From NCBI GenBank assembly GCA_964441495.1, contig CAYTXV010000004.1, positions 210 through 64,209 of the forward strand: a stretch of 64,000 nucleotides of DNA. The letters are read 5' to 3'. The notes beneath the pieces were generated by a model. It made no database searches and had not been told where the DNA came from. It saw nothing but the letters and a program-made list of their open reading frames with translations. Made by a program: the position numbers and the translations under genes. Positions 8,422 through 17,400 of the stretch are shown piece after piece (positions within the stretch are counted from its first letter, which is position 1; each line of letters begins with the position of its first letter). Origin of the DNA: an uncultured Candidatus Saccharibacteria bacterium. GTDB lineage: Bacteria; Patescibacteriota; Minisyncoccia; Phycocordibacterales; UBA9973.

Positions 8422-8470
8422 CACGCAAGTACTATGCTGTGGATAACTCAAAAACGTATATACTGTATGG

Positions 8471-9298
8471 ATGAAAAACATATTTCGAGAAACACTTGTG
8501 CACTGGCGTACACACCACGCACAGCGCATGGGTGCAGCGCTTGCCTACTACGCAATGCTCTCATTTGTTCCCCTACTCTTTCTCTTGGTTACGATTGCCG
8601 GGTATCTGTTTAGTATAGAACTTGTCCAGGGCACGCTTATGATTGAGCTCACCAAAACACTTGGTACGAGTGTTGCAGGGTATATTGATCAAGCAGTGCG
8701 CTCTGTGTCGATACAGCAGTTTTCGTTTACTGCAACAGCGGTGAGTGTCGGTATCATTTTGCTTGGTGCGGTTGGTGTGTTTGCTGAGCTCGAGCAAGAT
8801 TTCAAGATCCTCTGGGACACACCAATACAACCGTTTAAGCACAAGCAGACCCTCCTCCAGCATATCTGGGCAGTTGTATACAAAAAGATCATCACGTTTT
8901 CATTCGTGCCATTTCTTGCGCTCATTCTGATCCTTGTCCTCGGACTCAGTGCACTGTTGAGTGTGCTTGAGATATACATGGGTGTTATACAGTTTGTGAC
9001 ACCGGTTGTATTTGGGACGATACTTTTTGCGGTTGTGTATCGACTCCTGCCTGCTCGGACGTTGCCATGGAGAGTGCTCCTTTTGGGCGGAGTTGTCACG
9101 ACGGTACTTTTCATGCTCGGTAATACGCTCATCCTCAAGTACATCAAGCTTCTTGTCCACACAGACCTGTTTGGTCCAGCAGCATCGTTTGTCGGACTGT
9201 TGGTGTGGACGTATTATTCTGCGCAGGTGTTTTTCCTTGGCGCATCATTTACCTATGTTTATGCGCGCAGACGCAAACTTATTCCTTCTCGTGACTGA
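8471..9298 (+). CDS. YihY/BrkB (ribonuclease BN-like) family membrane protein
   Basis: N-terminal signature HHAQRMGAALAYYAMLSFVPLLFLL followed by about 6 TM helices. Confidence 0.85.
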   Translation: MKNIFRETLVHWRTHHAQRMGAALAYYAMLSFVPLLFLLVTIAGYLFSIELVQGTLMIELTKTLGTSVAGYIDQAVRSVSIQQFSFTATAVSVGIILLGAVGVFAELEQDFKILWDTPIQPFKHKQTLLQHIWAVVYKKIITFSFVPFLALILILVLGLSALLSVLEIYMGVIQFVTPVVFGTILFAVVYRLLPARTLPWRVLLLGGVVTTVLFMLGNTLILKYIKLLVHTDLFGPAASFVGLLVWTYYSAQVFFLGASFTYVYARRRKLIPSRD

Positions 9299-10409
9299 GC
9301 CCTATCGTGAGCGCTTCTGTTGCGATTGTACGAGCTGCGGTAGGTATAAAAAATTCTTGAGCATGCTTTGACATCGCATCGTAGCGTTCTTTGTCACCAA
9401 GGATAGACTCTATCTGGTTGAGGAGTACTGATGGGGTAAGGTTTGCTTCTTCGATAACAACACAGGCACCGGTACGAGCGTAGTGGTAAGCATTTTTGCG
9501 TTGATGATCACCATGTGCGTGCACGTACGGGATGATGATGGATGGTTTGCCCCATGCGGCGATTTCAAATAGTGATGAACCTGCGCGTGCTACCACGATA
9601 TCGACTGCTCCTGCAAACACTTTGGACTGTACATTGTTGAGAAATGCAAATGGTTTGTATCGAGTGCGTTTGGTGTCATCTCCGAGTGCTATACGGACCT
9701 CAGTTGTTACATCTGCAAAATCAGCCGCACCTGTTTGGTGAATCACTTGATATTTCTTGATAAGTTCGGGAACGATACTCACAACAGCGTCATTGATAGC
9801 TTTTGCCCCTAGAGATCCACCAAAGACTCCGACTACCGGGAGATTGGTTGGAAGCTCAAAAAACTCTTTTGCACCATCGCGTGTTGGGTGCAAGAAATTG
9901 CGACGGATCGGTTGCCCGGTCACTGCCACCTTTGCAGGGTCAAAGTATTCTGCTGCTTCTGGATACGAGAGTGCGATCTTTTTTGCAAACTTTCCAGACC
10001 ATTTACTGACTCTGCCTGGTACAGTGTCACTCTCGTGGATGATAGTTGGGATCCGCAAGAGCTTGGCAGCAACAAGTACTGGAAACGCAACATAACCACC
10101 TTTGGAGATGATCACATCTGGGTAAAGTCTGAACACTTTGTAAAGCGCTCCGACTACTCCGATACTTGTTTTAAATACATCGACAATGTTTTTGAGTGAA
10201 AAGTATACACGGAGCTTGCCTGCAGTGATCGGGATGAAGTGGATGAATTGCTCTTCGAGGAGTTCTGGGTCAAATGGCTTGTCTGCCATATAGTAGAGCT
10301 TCATGTTGACGATACGTTCCTCGTCCGCAATCCGATTGAGCTCTTCGGCGATCGCCATGAGTGGATAGACATGCCCGCCAGTTCCGCCTCCAGTAAGTAG
10401 TATCTTCAT
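9279..10409 (-). CDS. murG: undecaprenyldiphospho-muramoylpentapeptide beta-N-acetylglucosaminyltransferase
   Basis: MKILLTGGGTGGHVYPLMAIAEEL, GT28 architecture, and position after ftsW. Confidence 0.95.
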   Translation of the reverse strand: MKILLTGGGTGGHVYPLMAIAEELNRIADEERIVNMKLYYMADKPFDPELLEEQFIHFIPITAGKLRVYFSLKNIVDVFKTSIGVVGALYKVFRLYPDVIISKGGYVAFPVLVAAKLLRIPTIIHESDTVPGRVSKWSGKFAKKIALSYPEAAEYFDPAKVAVTGQPIRRNFLHPTRDGAKEFFELPTNLPVVGVFGGSLGAKAINDAVVSIVPELIKKYQVIHQTGAADFADVTTEVRIALGDDTKRTRYKPFAFLNNVQSKVFAGAVDIVVARAGSSLFEIAAWGKPSIIIPYVHAHGDHQRKNAYHYARTGACVVIEEANLTPSVLLNQIESILGDKERYDAMSKHAQEFFIPTAARTIATEALTIGLSHEKE

Positions 10410-10418
10410 ATAGCGATA

Positions 10419-11540
10419 TTATACCCTTTTTTGGTATCTTGACACATTGAGGATTATCCCGACTGCTATAAGTGCTATCGCAAGCGATGTCCCTCCGTGT
10501 GATATGAACACGAGCGGTACTCCAGTGAGTGGAAACAGTCCAACAAGGGATGCAATGTTGAGAAATGATTGTGCAACAATGAGTGTCGTCAATCCGACAA
10601 CAAGGTAACGCCCGAAACTATCTGGTGCTTGCATTGCTATCTTGTATCCACGTACTGCAACAAATATGTACAGCACAACGAGAATCGATGATCCAAAAAA
10701 CCCAAACTCTTCACCGATGACTGCAAATACCGAATCACCTTGTGGCTCAGGGAGATATTTGAATTTCTGTACGCTTTGTCCCAGGCCGCGACCAAACACA
10801 CCTCCGGACCCAACTGCAATCAATGATTGTTGTAGCTGATACGACGCACCACGCGGATCCGATGCAGGGTTGATAAATGTTGTAATGCGCCCCATCACAT
10901 ACGGACGGAAAAACGCAAGTATAGTAATCCCGACAATACCTGTCCCAACGATGATAAGAATCTTTTTCCATGAGACACCCGAGACAAAAAGCATCGCACA
11001 TGCCGCTGCTGTGATAAGGATAAGACTTTTGGTGTCTGGTTGTTTGAGGAGTACTCCAGCAACGAGGCCGAGCATGATAGCAAGTGGAAGTATTTTGAAC
11101 TTTACGTCCTCGAGCTTTTTGTGGGTCCAGGCAAGCCATGTTGCAAAGTAGATCACAAAGGCAAGTTTGAGAATTTCAGCAGGCTGAAACGATAGTGGCC
11201 CGATAGATATCCACCGGAGTGCTCCCCCGTGTCTAAATCCAAGTCCGGGTACAAAAACAAGGAGCGTCAGGATAAGTCCTCCAACAAATATATAAAATGC
11301 GTGCTTGCGCCAAAAGAGATACGGGATTCGCATCGAAAGCCACATCCCTGCAAATCCGCCGATAAATCCAAGCACTATTTGATTAAACAGTACACCATAA
11401 AACTTGCTCTCACTCCGTGCCAGGATACCGAGGCTCGCTGAGACAAACGCAAACAATCCAATCGTGGTGATAAGGACGACGATACCAAAAAAGTATCGAT
11501 CAAAAGGCTTCTTGGATTCTTTGTGAAGGAGTGCGCGCAT
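10419..11540 (-). CDS. ftsW: SEDS-family peptidoglycan polymerase FtsW/RodA
   Basis: About 10 TM helices and the conserved tail GGTSLAIALIAVGIILNVSR. Located between mraY and murG. Confidence 0.9.
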   Translation of the reverse strand: MRALLHKESKKPFDRYFFGIVVLITTIGLFAFVSASLGILARSESKFYGVLFNQIVLGFIGGFAGMWLSMRIPYLFWRKHAFYIFVGGLILTLLVFVPGLGFRHGGALRWISIGPLSFQPAEILKLAFVIYFATWLAWTHKKLEDVKFKILPLAIMLGLVAGVLLKQPDTKSLILITAAACAMLFVSGVSWKKILIIVGTGIVGITILAFFRPYVMGRITTFINPASDPRGASYQLQQSLIAVGSGGVFGRGLGQSVQKFKYLPEPQGDSVFAVIGEEFGFFGSSILVVLYIFVAVRGYKIAMQAPDSFGRYLVVGLTTLIVAQSFLNIASLVGLFPLTGVPLVFISHGGTSLAIALIAVGIILNVSRYQKRV

Positions 11541-11543
11541 GAG

Positions 11544-12617
11544 TTATTTGCTGATAAAGGTGATAACAACGCCAAGGATTGCTACAACGACACTCACGAC
11601 CCAGTAGCGCATGACGATCTTTTCGCGGGACCAACCGATCGCATGGAAGTGGTGATGGAGTGGTGCAACACGAAACACGCGCCGCTTACCACAGTATTTG
11701 TATGAAAAGATCTGGATAAGTGATGAAGCACTTGAAACCACAAGTGGAAGTGCAATGAGCGGCAAGAGGAGTACCGTGTCAGTGAGAAATGCGATAACGG
11801 TGAGCGCAACAAGGAGTCCCATCATCCCTGTCTCCCCCATATAAAACCGTGCAGGTGGGATGTTGAACCACAGAAACGCAAGTGTGGCACCTGCAATCAC
11901 TCCACAAAATGCTGCGATATCTATCTGGTTTTGTCCTGCAGCGATCACCGCATACGCTGCAAAGATGATCGCAAGTACTCCTCCTGCAAGTCCGTCCATG
12001 CCATCGATAACACCCCCCGAAAAGACTGCAATAAGGACAAACACAAATGTAGGTATAAACAGTGCACCAAGGAAGAGTTCGTGAGTACTAAACGGTATGG
12101 CGATCCCTGTCACACCAAGTTTGAAATAAAACCATGACGCGATTACGACGCCGACGATACCGATGAGGAGTATCTTGATATAGCGAAACCTGATCTCGGT
12201 ATCGCGCGCTCGCGTCACTCCAGTCCTGCCGCGAATCTCAAACCAGTCATCGAGTAGCCCAAGCATGCTTCCAAACAAGAGGCTTGCAAGTGGAATGAGC
12301 GTCTGGTTGCGACTATAAAAGTCGAGCTTTGCAGAAAGCTCTGATGGTACAAGTTGGGCCACCAGCCACATGAGACTGATAGTACCAAGGATTGCGATCC
12401 AGATGATGATACCGCCCACACGAGGCGTTGAGGTCTCTACAGCGGTGTTGTGGAGCTTGGCAAAGTCAGCGTTGGTGATCGTTTCCCCTTCTCGTCCACG
12501 CCTGCGCCAGAGTTTGTGCTTGTACATAAAGGTTGTCAGACGAGGCGTGATAGCGATCCCAAGCAAAAATGCGAGTGCTGTTGGAAGAAGGATTTTGATA
12601 ACGCTGAGGATTTGCAT
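11544..12617 (-). CDS. mraY: phospho-N-acetylmuramoyl-pentapeptide transferase
   Basis: Motifs GLLDDWFEI, DGMDGLAGG and VAPLHHHF. Confidence 0.95.
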   Translation of the reverse strand: MQILSVIKILLPTALAFLLGIAITPRLTTFMYKHKLWRRRGREGETITNADFAKLHNTAVETSTPRVGGIIIWIAILGTISLMWLVAQLVPSELSAKLDFYSRNQTLIPLASLLFGSMLGLLDDWFEIRGRTGVTRARDTEIRFRYIKILLIGIVGVVIASWFYFKLGVTGIAIPFSTHELFLGALFIPTFVFVLIAVFSGGVIDGMDGLAGGVLAIIFAAYAVIAAGQNQIDIAAFCGVIAGATLAFLWFNIPPARFYMGETGMMGLLVALTVIAFLTDTVLLLPLIALPLVVSSASSLIQIFSYKYCGKRRVFRVAPLHHHFHAIGWSREKIVMRYWVVSVVVAILGVVITFISK

Positions 12618-12620
12618 AGC

Positions 12621-13151
12621 TTATGATTGTGTTATTTCACGAGCAAGGAGTTCGGTAAGTGTTTGGTTACTTGTTGCATACTCTGGCAAATCTTCGATGC
12701 GTGCAACACCAAAGTGCTCAAGTACTCTCAGTGTCGGCCAGTACCCTACCCCTCGTCCTATCCCGCGCTGCTCGATGAGTCCACGCATCTGGAGTGCTCG
12801 CACACTGTAGGATGCATTGACGCCACGGATAAACTCGATCTGGCTTTTGGTAGCGCCGGGATTGTACGTGACGATCGCAAGCGTCTCGGCCGATGCCTTG
12901 CTGAGCTCTTTGGAGAGTTCTTCTTTGCGGATCGTTTCGATGAGGGTGCTGTAGGTCGGTGCTGTTGCAAGTGCGACGGTACCGTCAAGCTCAACGAGTA
13001 TCACCCCGTGCTCTTTGATTGCGTTTTTGAGCTCTGCGATAGCTGCTGTAACTGCGTCAGTATCTATGCCGAGCACCTTTGCAAGGGAGGTCACCGTGTG
13101 TGGTTCACCAGTTGCAAAGAGTATGGATTGGATAGCGTATGCGGTGTTCAT
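12621..13151 (-). CDS. scpB: segregation and condensation protein B
   Basis: Tandem wHTH with the ScpB N-terminus IQSILFATGEPHTV. Overlaps the scpA stop by 4 nt. Confidence 0.88.
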   Translation of the reverse strand: MNTAYAIQSILFATGEPHTVTSLAKVLGIDTDAVTAAIAELKNAIKEHGVILVELDGTVALATAPTYSTLIETIRKEELSKELSKASAETLAIVTYNPGATKSQIEFIRGVNASYSVRALQMRGLIEQRGIGRGVGYWPTLRVLEHFGVARIEDLPEYATSNQTLTELLAREITQS

Positions 13152-13885
13152 GAGGTTGAGTGTCGATTGAGCTTGATATCACCAAACTGATCGTCTTGCT
13201 CAGCTTGGACAAACCCGCGACGTACAAGCTCTAGCATACCAAGAAACGACACGATCGTATAGACTTTTTGACTTTTGTCATCGCCGTTTGGACTCTGCAC
13301 AACGATATCGGCAAAGCTTCCCTCCATCAGGCGCTCGATGCGCTCTCGGATAGTGTCGATAACCTCAGTGATAGAGATAGTTACTTGGACTCGCGCTTCT
13401 GGTTTGACGGGAGTAGGTGCAGGCATACGCGCACGAAGTCCCTCGATGAGTCCTGGGAGATCTGTAGCTTGGAGTGTCGGGTCTGGAGCAAATACAACAC
13501 CTGTCTTTTGTCCGACACCGTCAAAGAGGATTGTTTTGCCATACGCTTTGGTAAGCTCAAGCGAGATCTTGCTGATGAGCTGATAGAGTGCGACACGACG
13601 CTCAAGGTCGGTGATAGATGCGCTTTCTTCGCTCGTGAGCTCGAGGTTCGGGAGCAGTGATCGCGCCTTGATGAGGATGAGTGTTGCTGCGACAGTGAGG
13701 AAGCTCGCCACCATATCCGGATGCGAACCACGAGACTGGATGTAGTGGATGAAGTCGTCCGTGACCGCAGCGAGTGAGACATCGCTCACAAAGAGTTTGC
13801 GTTTCTCGATGAGCTCAAGCAGTACCTCGATGGGTCCTTCAAAAGATTCATGTTTCACCTGAAATTGTTCGATAGTGGTTTCCAT
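13148..13885 (-). CDS. scpA: segregation and condensation protein A (kleisin)
   Basis: N-terminal FEGPIEVLLELIEKRKLFVSDVSLAAVTDDF, followed by scpB. Confidence 0.9.
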   Translation of the reverse strand: METTIEQFQVKHESFEGPIEVLLELIEKRKLFVSDVSLAAVTDDFIHYIQSRGSHPDMVASFLTVAATLILIKARSLLPNLELTSEESASITDLERRVALYQLISKISLELTKAYGKTILFDGVGQKTGVVFAPDPTLQATDLPGLIEGLRARMPAPTPVKPEARVQVTISITEVIDTIRERIERLMEGSFADIVVQSPNGDDKSQKVYTIVSFLGMLELVRRGFVQAEQDDQFGDIKLNRHSTS

Positions 13886-13887
13886 AG

Positions 13888-14337
13888 CTACTTTTTGTAA
13901 TAGAACGTTGATCCCTCAAGGTATCCGAAATTGTATTCGTTAGGTATTACAAGATTTGGATTATTATTTTTACCATATTCAGTACTTTCAAGAAGCATAT
14001 TTTCAAGTGCTTCAGCTTTATTTCTGATCCCCTCAGTGTCCAGCACTACTTTTGGTACGGCAATTACAACCATACCTTTTACTCCGCGATGTGAATCACC
14101 AGCAAGTTGGCGCTGTACTTGATTGAGTAAACTTTCAGCTCCAACCCACGTCAGTGTACTGGAAATGCCAGTTCCTGGACTTACTTCAAAACTCCCATGA
14201 TATATTTTTTGAGCAGTATCTTCACTTGTCTGATGGCTAAATAAATAATGAGATTGAGCAATGTTTTCAAACACTGATTTCATAGTCTCCATATCTGATG
14301 CATACCGTAACTGCGGCTGCTGAGGCATTTGCTCCAT
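13888..14337 (-). CDS. hypothetical protein (AT-rich orphan at head of the scpA operon)
   Basis: ORF-track frame trimmed to MEQMPQQ... (ATG 14337), which is preceded by TATACT 7 nt upstream. The track ORF extends to 14490. No recognisable motif. Confidence 0.5.
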   Translation of the reverse strand: MEQMPQQPQLRYASDMETMKSVFENIAQSHYLFSHQTSEDTAQKIYHGSFEVSPGTGISSTLTWVGAESLLNQVQRQLAGDSHRGVKGMVVIAVPKVVLDTEGIRNKAEALENMLLESTEYGKNNNPNLVIPNEYNFGYLEGSTFYYKK

Positions 14338-14766
14338 GTCGTATAGTATACCCCATAAAAAGATTCCGGCCTTCACTGGGAAGGCCGTTGACGATTGGTT
14401 TAAAGATATTGGATTGTTGATTTTGGAAAAGGTACAGGATAAGAAAGAACAAAGAAGAAATAAGGGCAAGTGTATGTACACAACGTGCAATCGGGATGAT
14501 GGATGGTATAGACAAAAGTTGTGTATACCACAAGAAAAGAAAGCTCGCTGGTGCCAGATCTATCGAGAGATAGTCTGGATGATACATTATGAGCACACCG
14601 GTTTGAGAGGATGAAGTCCTTTGTGAGAATTAATACAGAAGTATTGAAATCCTCACCCTCATAGTTTCAGTGTGTTCATAATGCCCGTGGCAATGAACAA
14701 TTGTAGAAAGGAGAATACTATCCTATCTACACTTTAGAGACGAGTTATTTTCCTTTTTATTACATA

Positions 14767-14794
14767 TTGACATTACAAATATATTATATATAAT
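14767..14794 (+). promoter_or_regulatory. sigma70-like promoter (TTGACA-16 nt-TATAAT)
   Basis: TTGACA at 14767-14772 and TATAAT at 14789-14794, 18 nt upstream of ATG 14812. Confidence 0.65.
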
Positions 14795-14811
14795 GAAGAA
14801 AATATAACATT

Positions 14812-15168
14812 ATGAAAAGTTATTTTATTAAATTACTTACACGTTTGCTTGGAGGTAATTCATCAGAGTATAAGTTTTCGGTTGGACAAAAAATTGTCTT
14901 AAAAAGCAGAAGAATTTTTGGATATGGTATACGCCCTGAAGGAATAGTCTTGGGGTATACAGACGATGGAAATTATAAGATTTCTATGACACAGGATTTA
15001 ACGGGAGATTTCTTTGAATGGATGAAAACAGGAAAAGTTTCGGACGATGTAAGGAGAATTACACTCGAACAAAAACATTTGAAATCAAATATTGAAAATG
15101 ATTTCAAAAAAGCCTCTTCAAAAAGAGGTTTTTTTATTTCTTCTCTATTTTCTTTAACACAATATTGA
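14812..15168 (+). CDS. hypothetical protein
   Basis: AT-rich ORF behind a consensus promoter. Its 3' end reads through the shared terminator. No recognisable motif. Confidence 0.5.
   Translation: MKSYFIKLLTRLLGGNSSEYKFSVGQKIVLKSRRIFGYGIRPEGIVLGYTDDGNYKISMTQDLTGDFFEWMKTGKVSDDVRRITLEQKHLKSNIENDFKKASSKRGFFISSLFSLTQY
15105..15136. terminator. bidirectional intrinsic terminator
   Basis: AAAAAAGCCTCTT-CAAA-AAGAGGTTTTTTT lies between the convergent gene 14812..15168 and aspS. Confidence 0.75.
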
Positions 15169-16558
15169 GCTCGTCGAGCTGCTTCGCCGAGACTTCGCTC
15201 GGTGCATGCATCATCGGGTCCTTGCCTTCTCCAGTCTTGGGGAATGCCATGACTTCACGGATGTTGGGCTCGTCAAGGAGCAGCATCATGAGACGGTCAA
15301 ATCCCCACGCGATACCACCGTGTGGAGGGGTACCAGTCTTGAACGCGGTGAGCATGTGCGAGAAGTTTGCTTCGATGTCTTCCATACTGTGTCCGAGGAT
15401 TTCAAATACCTTTGCGAGCGCATCGTAGGTGTGGTTGCGGATAGAACCACCCCCGATCTCGTAGCCGTTGAGGACGATGTCGTACTGCGTGGTGAGGATT
15501 GAGCCGATGTCGCGCTTCTCCATGAGGTTGTCCATATGTTCAGGAGTCGGGTGTGAAAACGGGTTGTGTGTGTACGTCCATGCACCTGTTGCGTCAGGGT
15601 TGTCGGACTTCTCTGTTGCTTCAAAGAATGGGAAATCCACCACCCAACAAAATGCGAGGAGGTTTGGATCATTTTTGTCTTCACGGATGTCTGGTCGGTC
15701 GTTGCCATATTTCTCCATAGCTTCAGCGTATGAGATCCGTGGAAACGGTATTTGCTGGATCCGCTTCTCAGGGAAAAACTTCTCGACGATGTCGATGAGG
15801 AGCTTCTCATTGATGTTCATGACATCGTCTCGCTCGACGAAGCTCATCTCCATATCGAGCTGGGTGAACTCTGGCTGACGATCACCGCGTCCGTCTTCGT
15901 CACGCATACACTTGGCAAACTGGAAGTATCGCTCGATGCCTCCTGCCATGAGGAGTTGTTTGTACTGCTGTGGCGACTGCGGGAGCGCATAAAAGGTGCC
16001 TGGGTACAGTCGTGCTGGGACGATATAGTCACGCGCGCCTTCTGGTGTACTCTTGGTGAGGATTGGGGTTTCTACTTCGATGAACTTCTCGGCGTGGAGT
16101 GCGTTGCGTAGGTGCTGTACGACTGCATCACGCATGCGCATGTTGCGCTGCATACGAGCAGAGCGAAGGTCGAGGTAGCGGTGTGCGAGGCGAACTTCTT
16201 CGCCAACCTCTTTGGTGTCGACATTGATCTCAAACGGGAGCGGTTCAGCATAGTTCAAGATCTCGATTGCGGTGATCTCAAGCTCGATGTCGCCGTTTTG
16301 TTTATCAGCTTGCACGTTGCGCTCGGGGCGCTTGTTGACGATACCTTCAACTCGTACCACTGTTTCAGGGCGCGCAGTTTTGGCTATCTCGATCACTTCA
16401 GGACGGTTCGGGAGGACCACACCCTGGATGTACCCAGTCATGTCGCGGAAGTCAAAAAAGACCATTTTGCCCTGGTCACGGCGTACGTCGATCCAGCCCT
16501 TGATCGTCACTGTCTCCCCTGCCTTTGTGTTCAAATCCCCAATGTATGTTCGCTCCAT
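15134..16558 (-). CDS. aspS: aspartyl-tRNA synthetase, bacterial-type core lacking the GAD insertion
   Basis: OB-fold N-terminus (MERTYIGDL...), motif 2 region FRDEDGRGDRQPEFTQLDMEMSF, and motif 3 GGIAWGFDRL. Start trimmed to ATG 16558; the track ORF starts at 16693. Confidence 0.93.
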   Translation of the reverse strand: MERTYIGDLNTKAGETVTIKGWIDVRRDQGKMVFFDFRDMTGYIQGVVLPNRPEVIEIAKTARPETVVRVEGIVNKRPERNVQADKQNGDIELEITAIEILNYAEPLPFEINVDTKEVGEEVRLAHRYLDLRSARMQRNMRMRDAVVQHLRNALHAEKFIEVETPILTKSTPEGARDYIVPARLYPGTFYALPQSPQQYKQLLMAGGIERYFQFAKCMRDEDGRGDRQPEFTQLDMEMSFVERDDVMNINEKLLIDIVEKFFPEKRIQQIPFPRISYAEAMEKYGNDRPDIREDKNDPNLLAFCWVVDFPFFEATEKSDNPDATGAWTYTHNPFSHPTPEHMDNLMEKRDIGSILTTQYDIVLNGYEIGGGSIRNHTYDALAKVFEILGHSMEDIEANFSHMLTAFKTGTPPHGGIAWGFDRLMMLLLDEPNIREVMAFPKTGEGKDPMMHAPSEVSAKQLDELNIVLKKIEKK

Positions 16559-16608
16559 AGTCCCCTGATTATGCCATAAATGAGGCAATAAAAAAAGCCC
16601 GATGATTT

Positions 16609-17394
16609 TTAGGTAAGGCTTCGTATGGCCGCCTCTTGCATCACCGCGTGACTTGCTCCGTAAATAATAAAGATATTTTTTCCCTCCTTCCAATATTTTG
16701 CTATTTCAGTGAGAATATGTCTATCTCGAAAACCACTATTCCCAAACGCGGCAATACGATTGATCACCGTAGTATCTTTTCGTGGATCAACAATATTTCT
16801 AAAAAAATCGATGTTTGAAAGATTAAAGTCAGTTCCAAATAAAGATTTATGAATTTCTTTCATATGTGAAATTGAAAAATCAAAATCTGTCCAACCACTT
16901 GTTGCTTTATCAGCTTCCATTAACTCATTAGCGTACTCCTGGAAGTCTCTTTTTGTTGTCATATTACTCCACTGATACACGATTTGTGCAAAATCTTTAT
17001 AAATAATTTCTTCTCGTGTAAATATTTTTTCAAGCTCAGCAAACCTCTTTTTTTCTCTTGGTTCTGGAGATGAGCGCTCTACCTGCGCTTGATGCGCAAG
17101 ATAAGCAACGTACCCTGCTTCACCGCATTGTAGTATTGCCTCTTTTTCGGTTTTCATTATCGGCCAATTTCCTCCTTCGATAAGTGTTATACGTGGTTGT
17201 CCCGCTGTGTTTTTTAAAAACTCATTATAAAAATTTTTTATTTGCTCAAATTGAAGATCGTTTGGATCATACGAGTGTTTACTTCCAAAATAATAAATAC
17301 ATTTTCCATTTTTTTTGAAAGTATACACATACGGTACTTGGTGCTGACCAAGTTTACTATATTCTTCATATGTCATGAGCAGGTCTTTGTTCAT
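16609..17394 (-). CDS. TraB/GumN/Tiki-superfamily putative hydrolase
   Basis: The two GxxH motifs of the superfamily (YYFGSKHSYD and IFIIYGASHAV) plus a FRDRHIL (ERD..M-like) motif. AT-rich. Confidence 0.55.
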   Translation of the reverse strand: MNKDLLMTYEEYSKLGQHQVPYVYTFKKNGKCIYYFGSKHSYDPNDLQFEQIKNFYNEFLKNTAGQPRITLIEGGNWPIMKTEKEAILQCGEAGYVAYLAHQAQVERSSPEPREKKRFAELEKIFTREEIIYKDFAQIVYQWSNMTTKRDFQEYANELMEADKATSGWTDFDFSISHMKEIHKSLFGTDFNLSNIDFFRNIVDPRKDTTVINRIAAFGNSGFRDRHILTEIAKYWKEGKNIFIIYGASHAVMQEAAIRSLT

Positions 17395-17400
17395 AGGATC

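Noticed and set aside
14607-14619. GAGGATGAAGTCC, resembling the RNase P RNA P4 element GAGGAAAGUCC, in a 470-nt non-coding spacer.
   Set aside because: No other conserved RNase P elements (for example the ACAGAA...GGCUUA P4 3' strand or the P15/P18 regions) could be found nearby. The resemblance is a single short string.
16559-16693. 5' extensions of track ORFs. Examples are aspS to 16693, trpS to 20022, dnaB from 19887, lysS to 30323, alaS to 45614, frr to 55686, mreB to 57637, ftsA from 60104 and ftsZ from 61403.
   Set aside because: The extensions encode non-conserved junk before the canonical conserved N-termini, and several would overlap neighbouring genes or promoters. The internal ATGs matching family N-termini were used instead.
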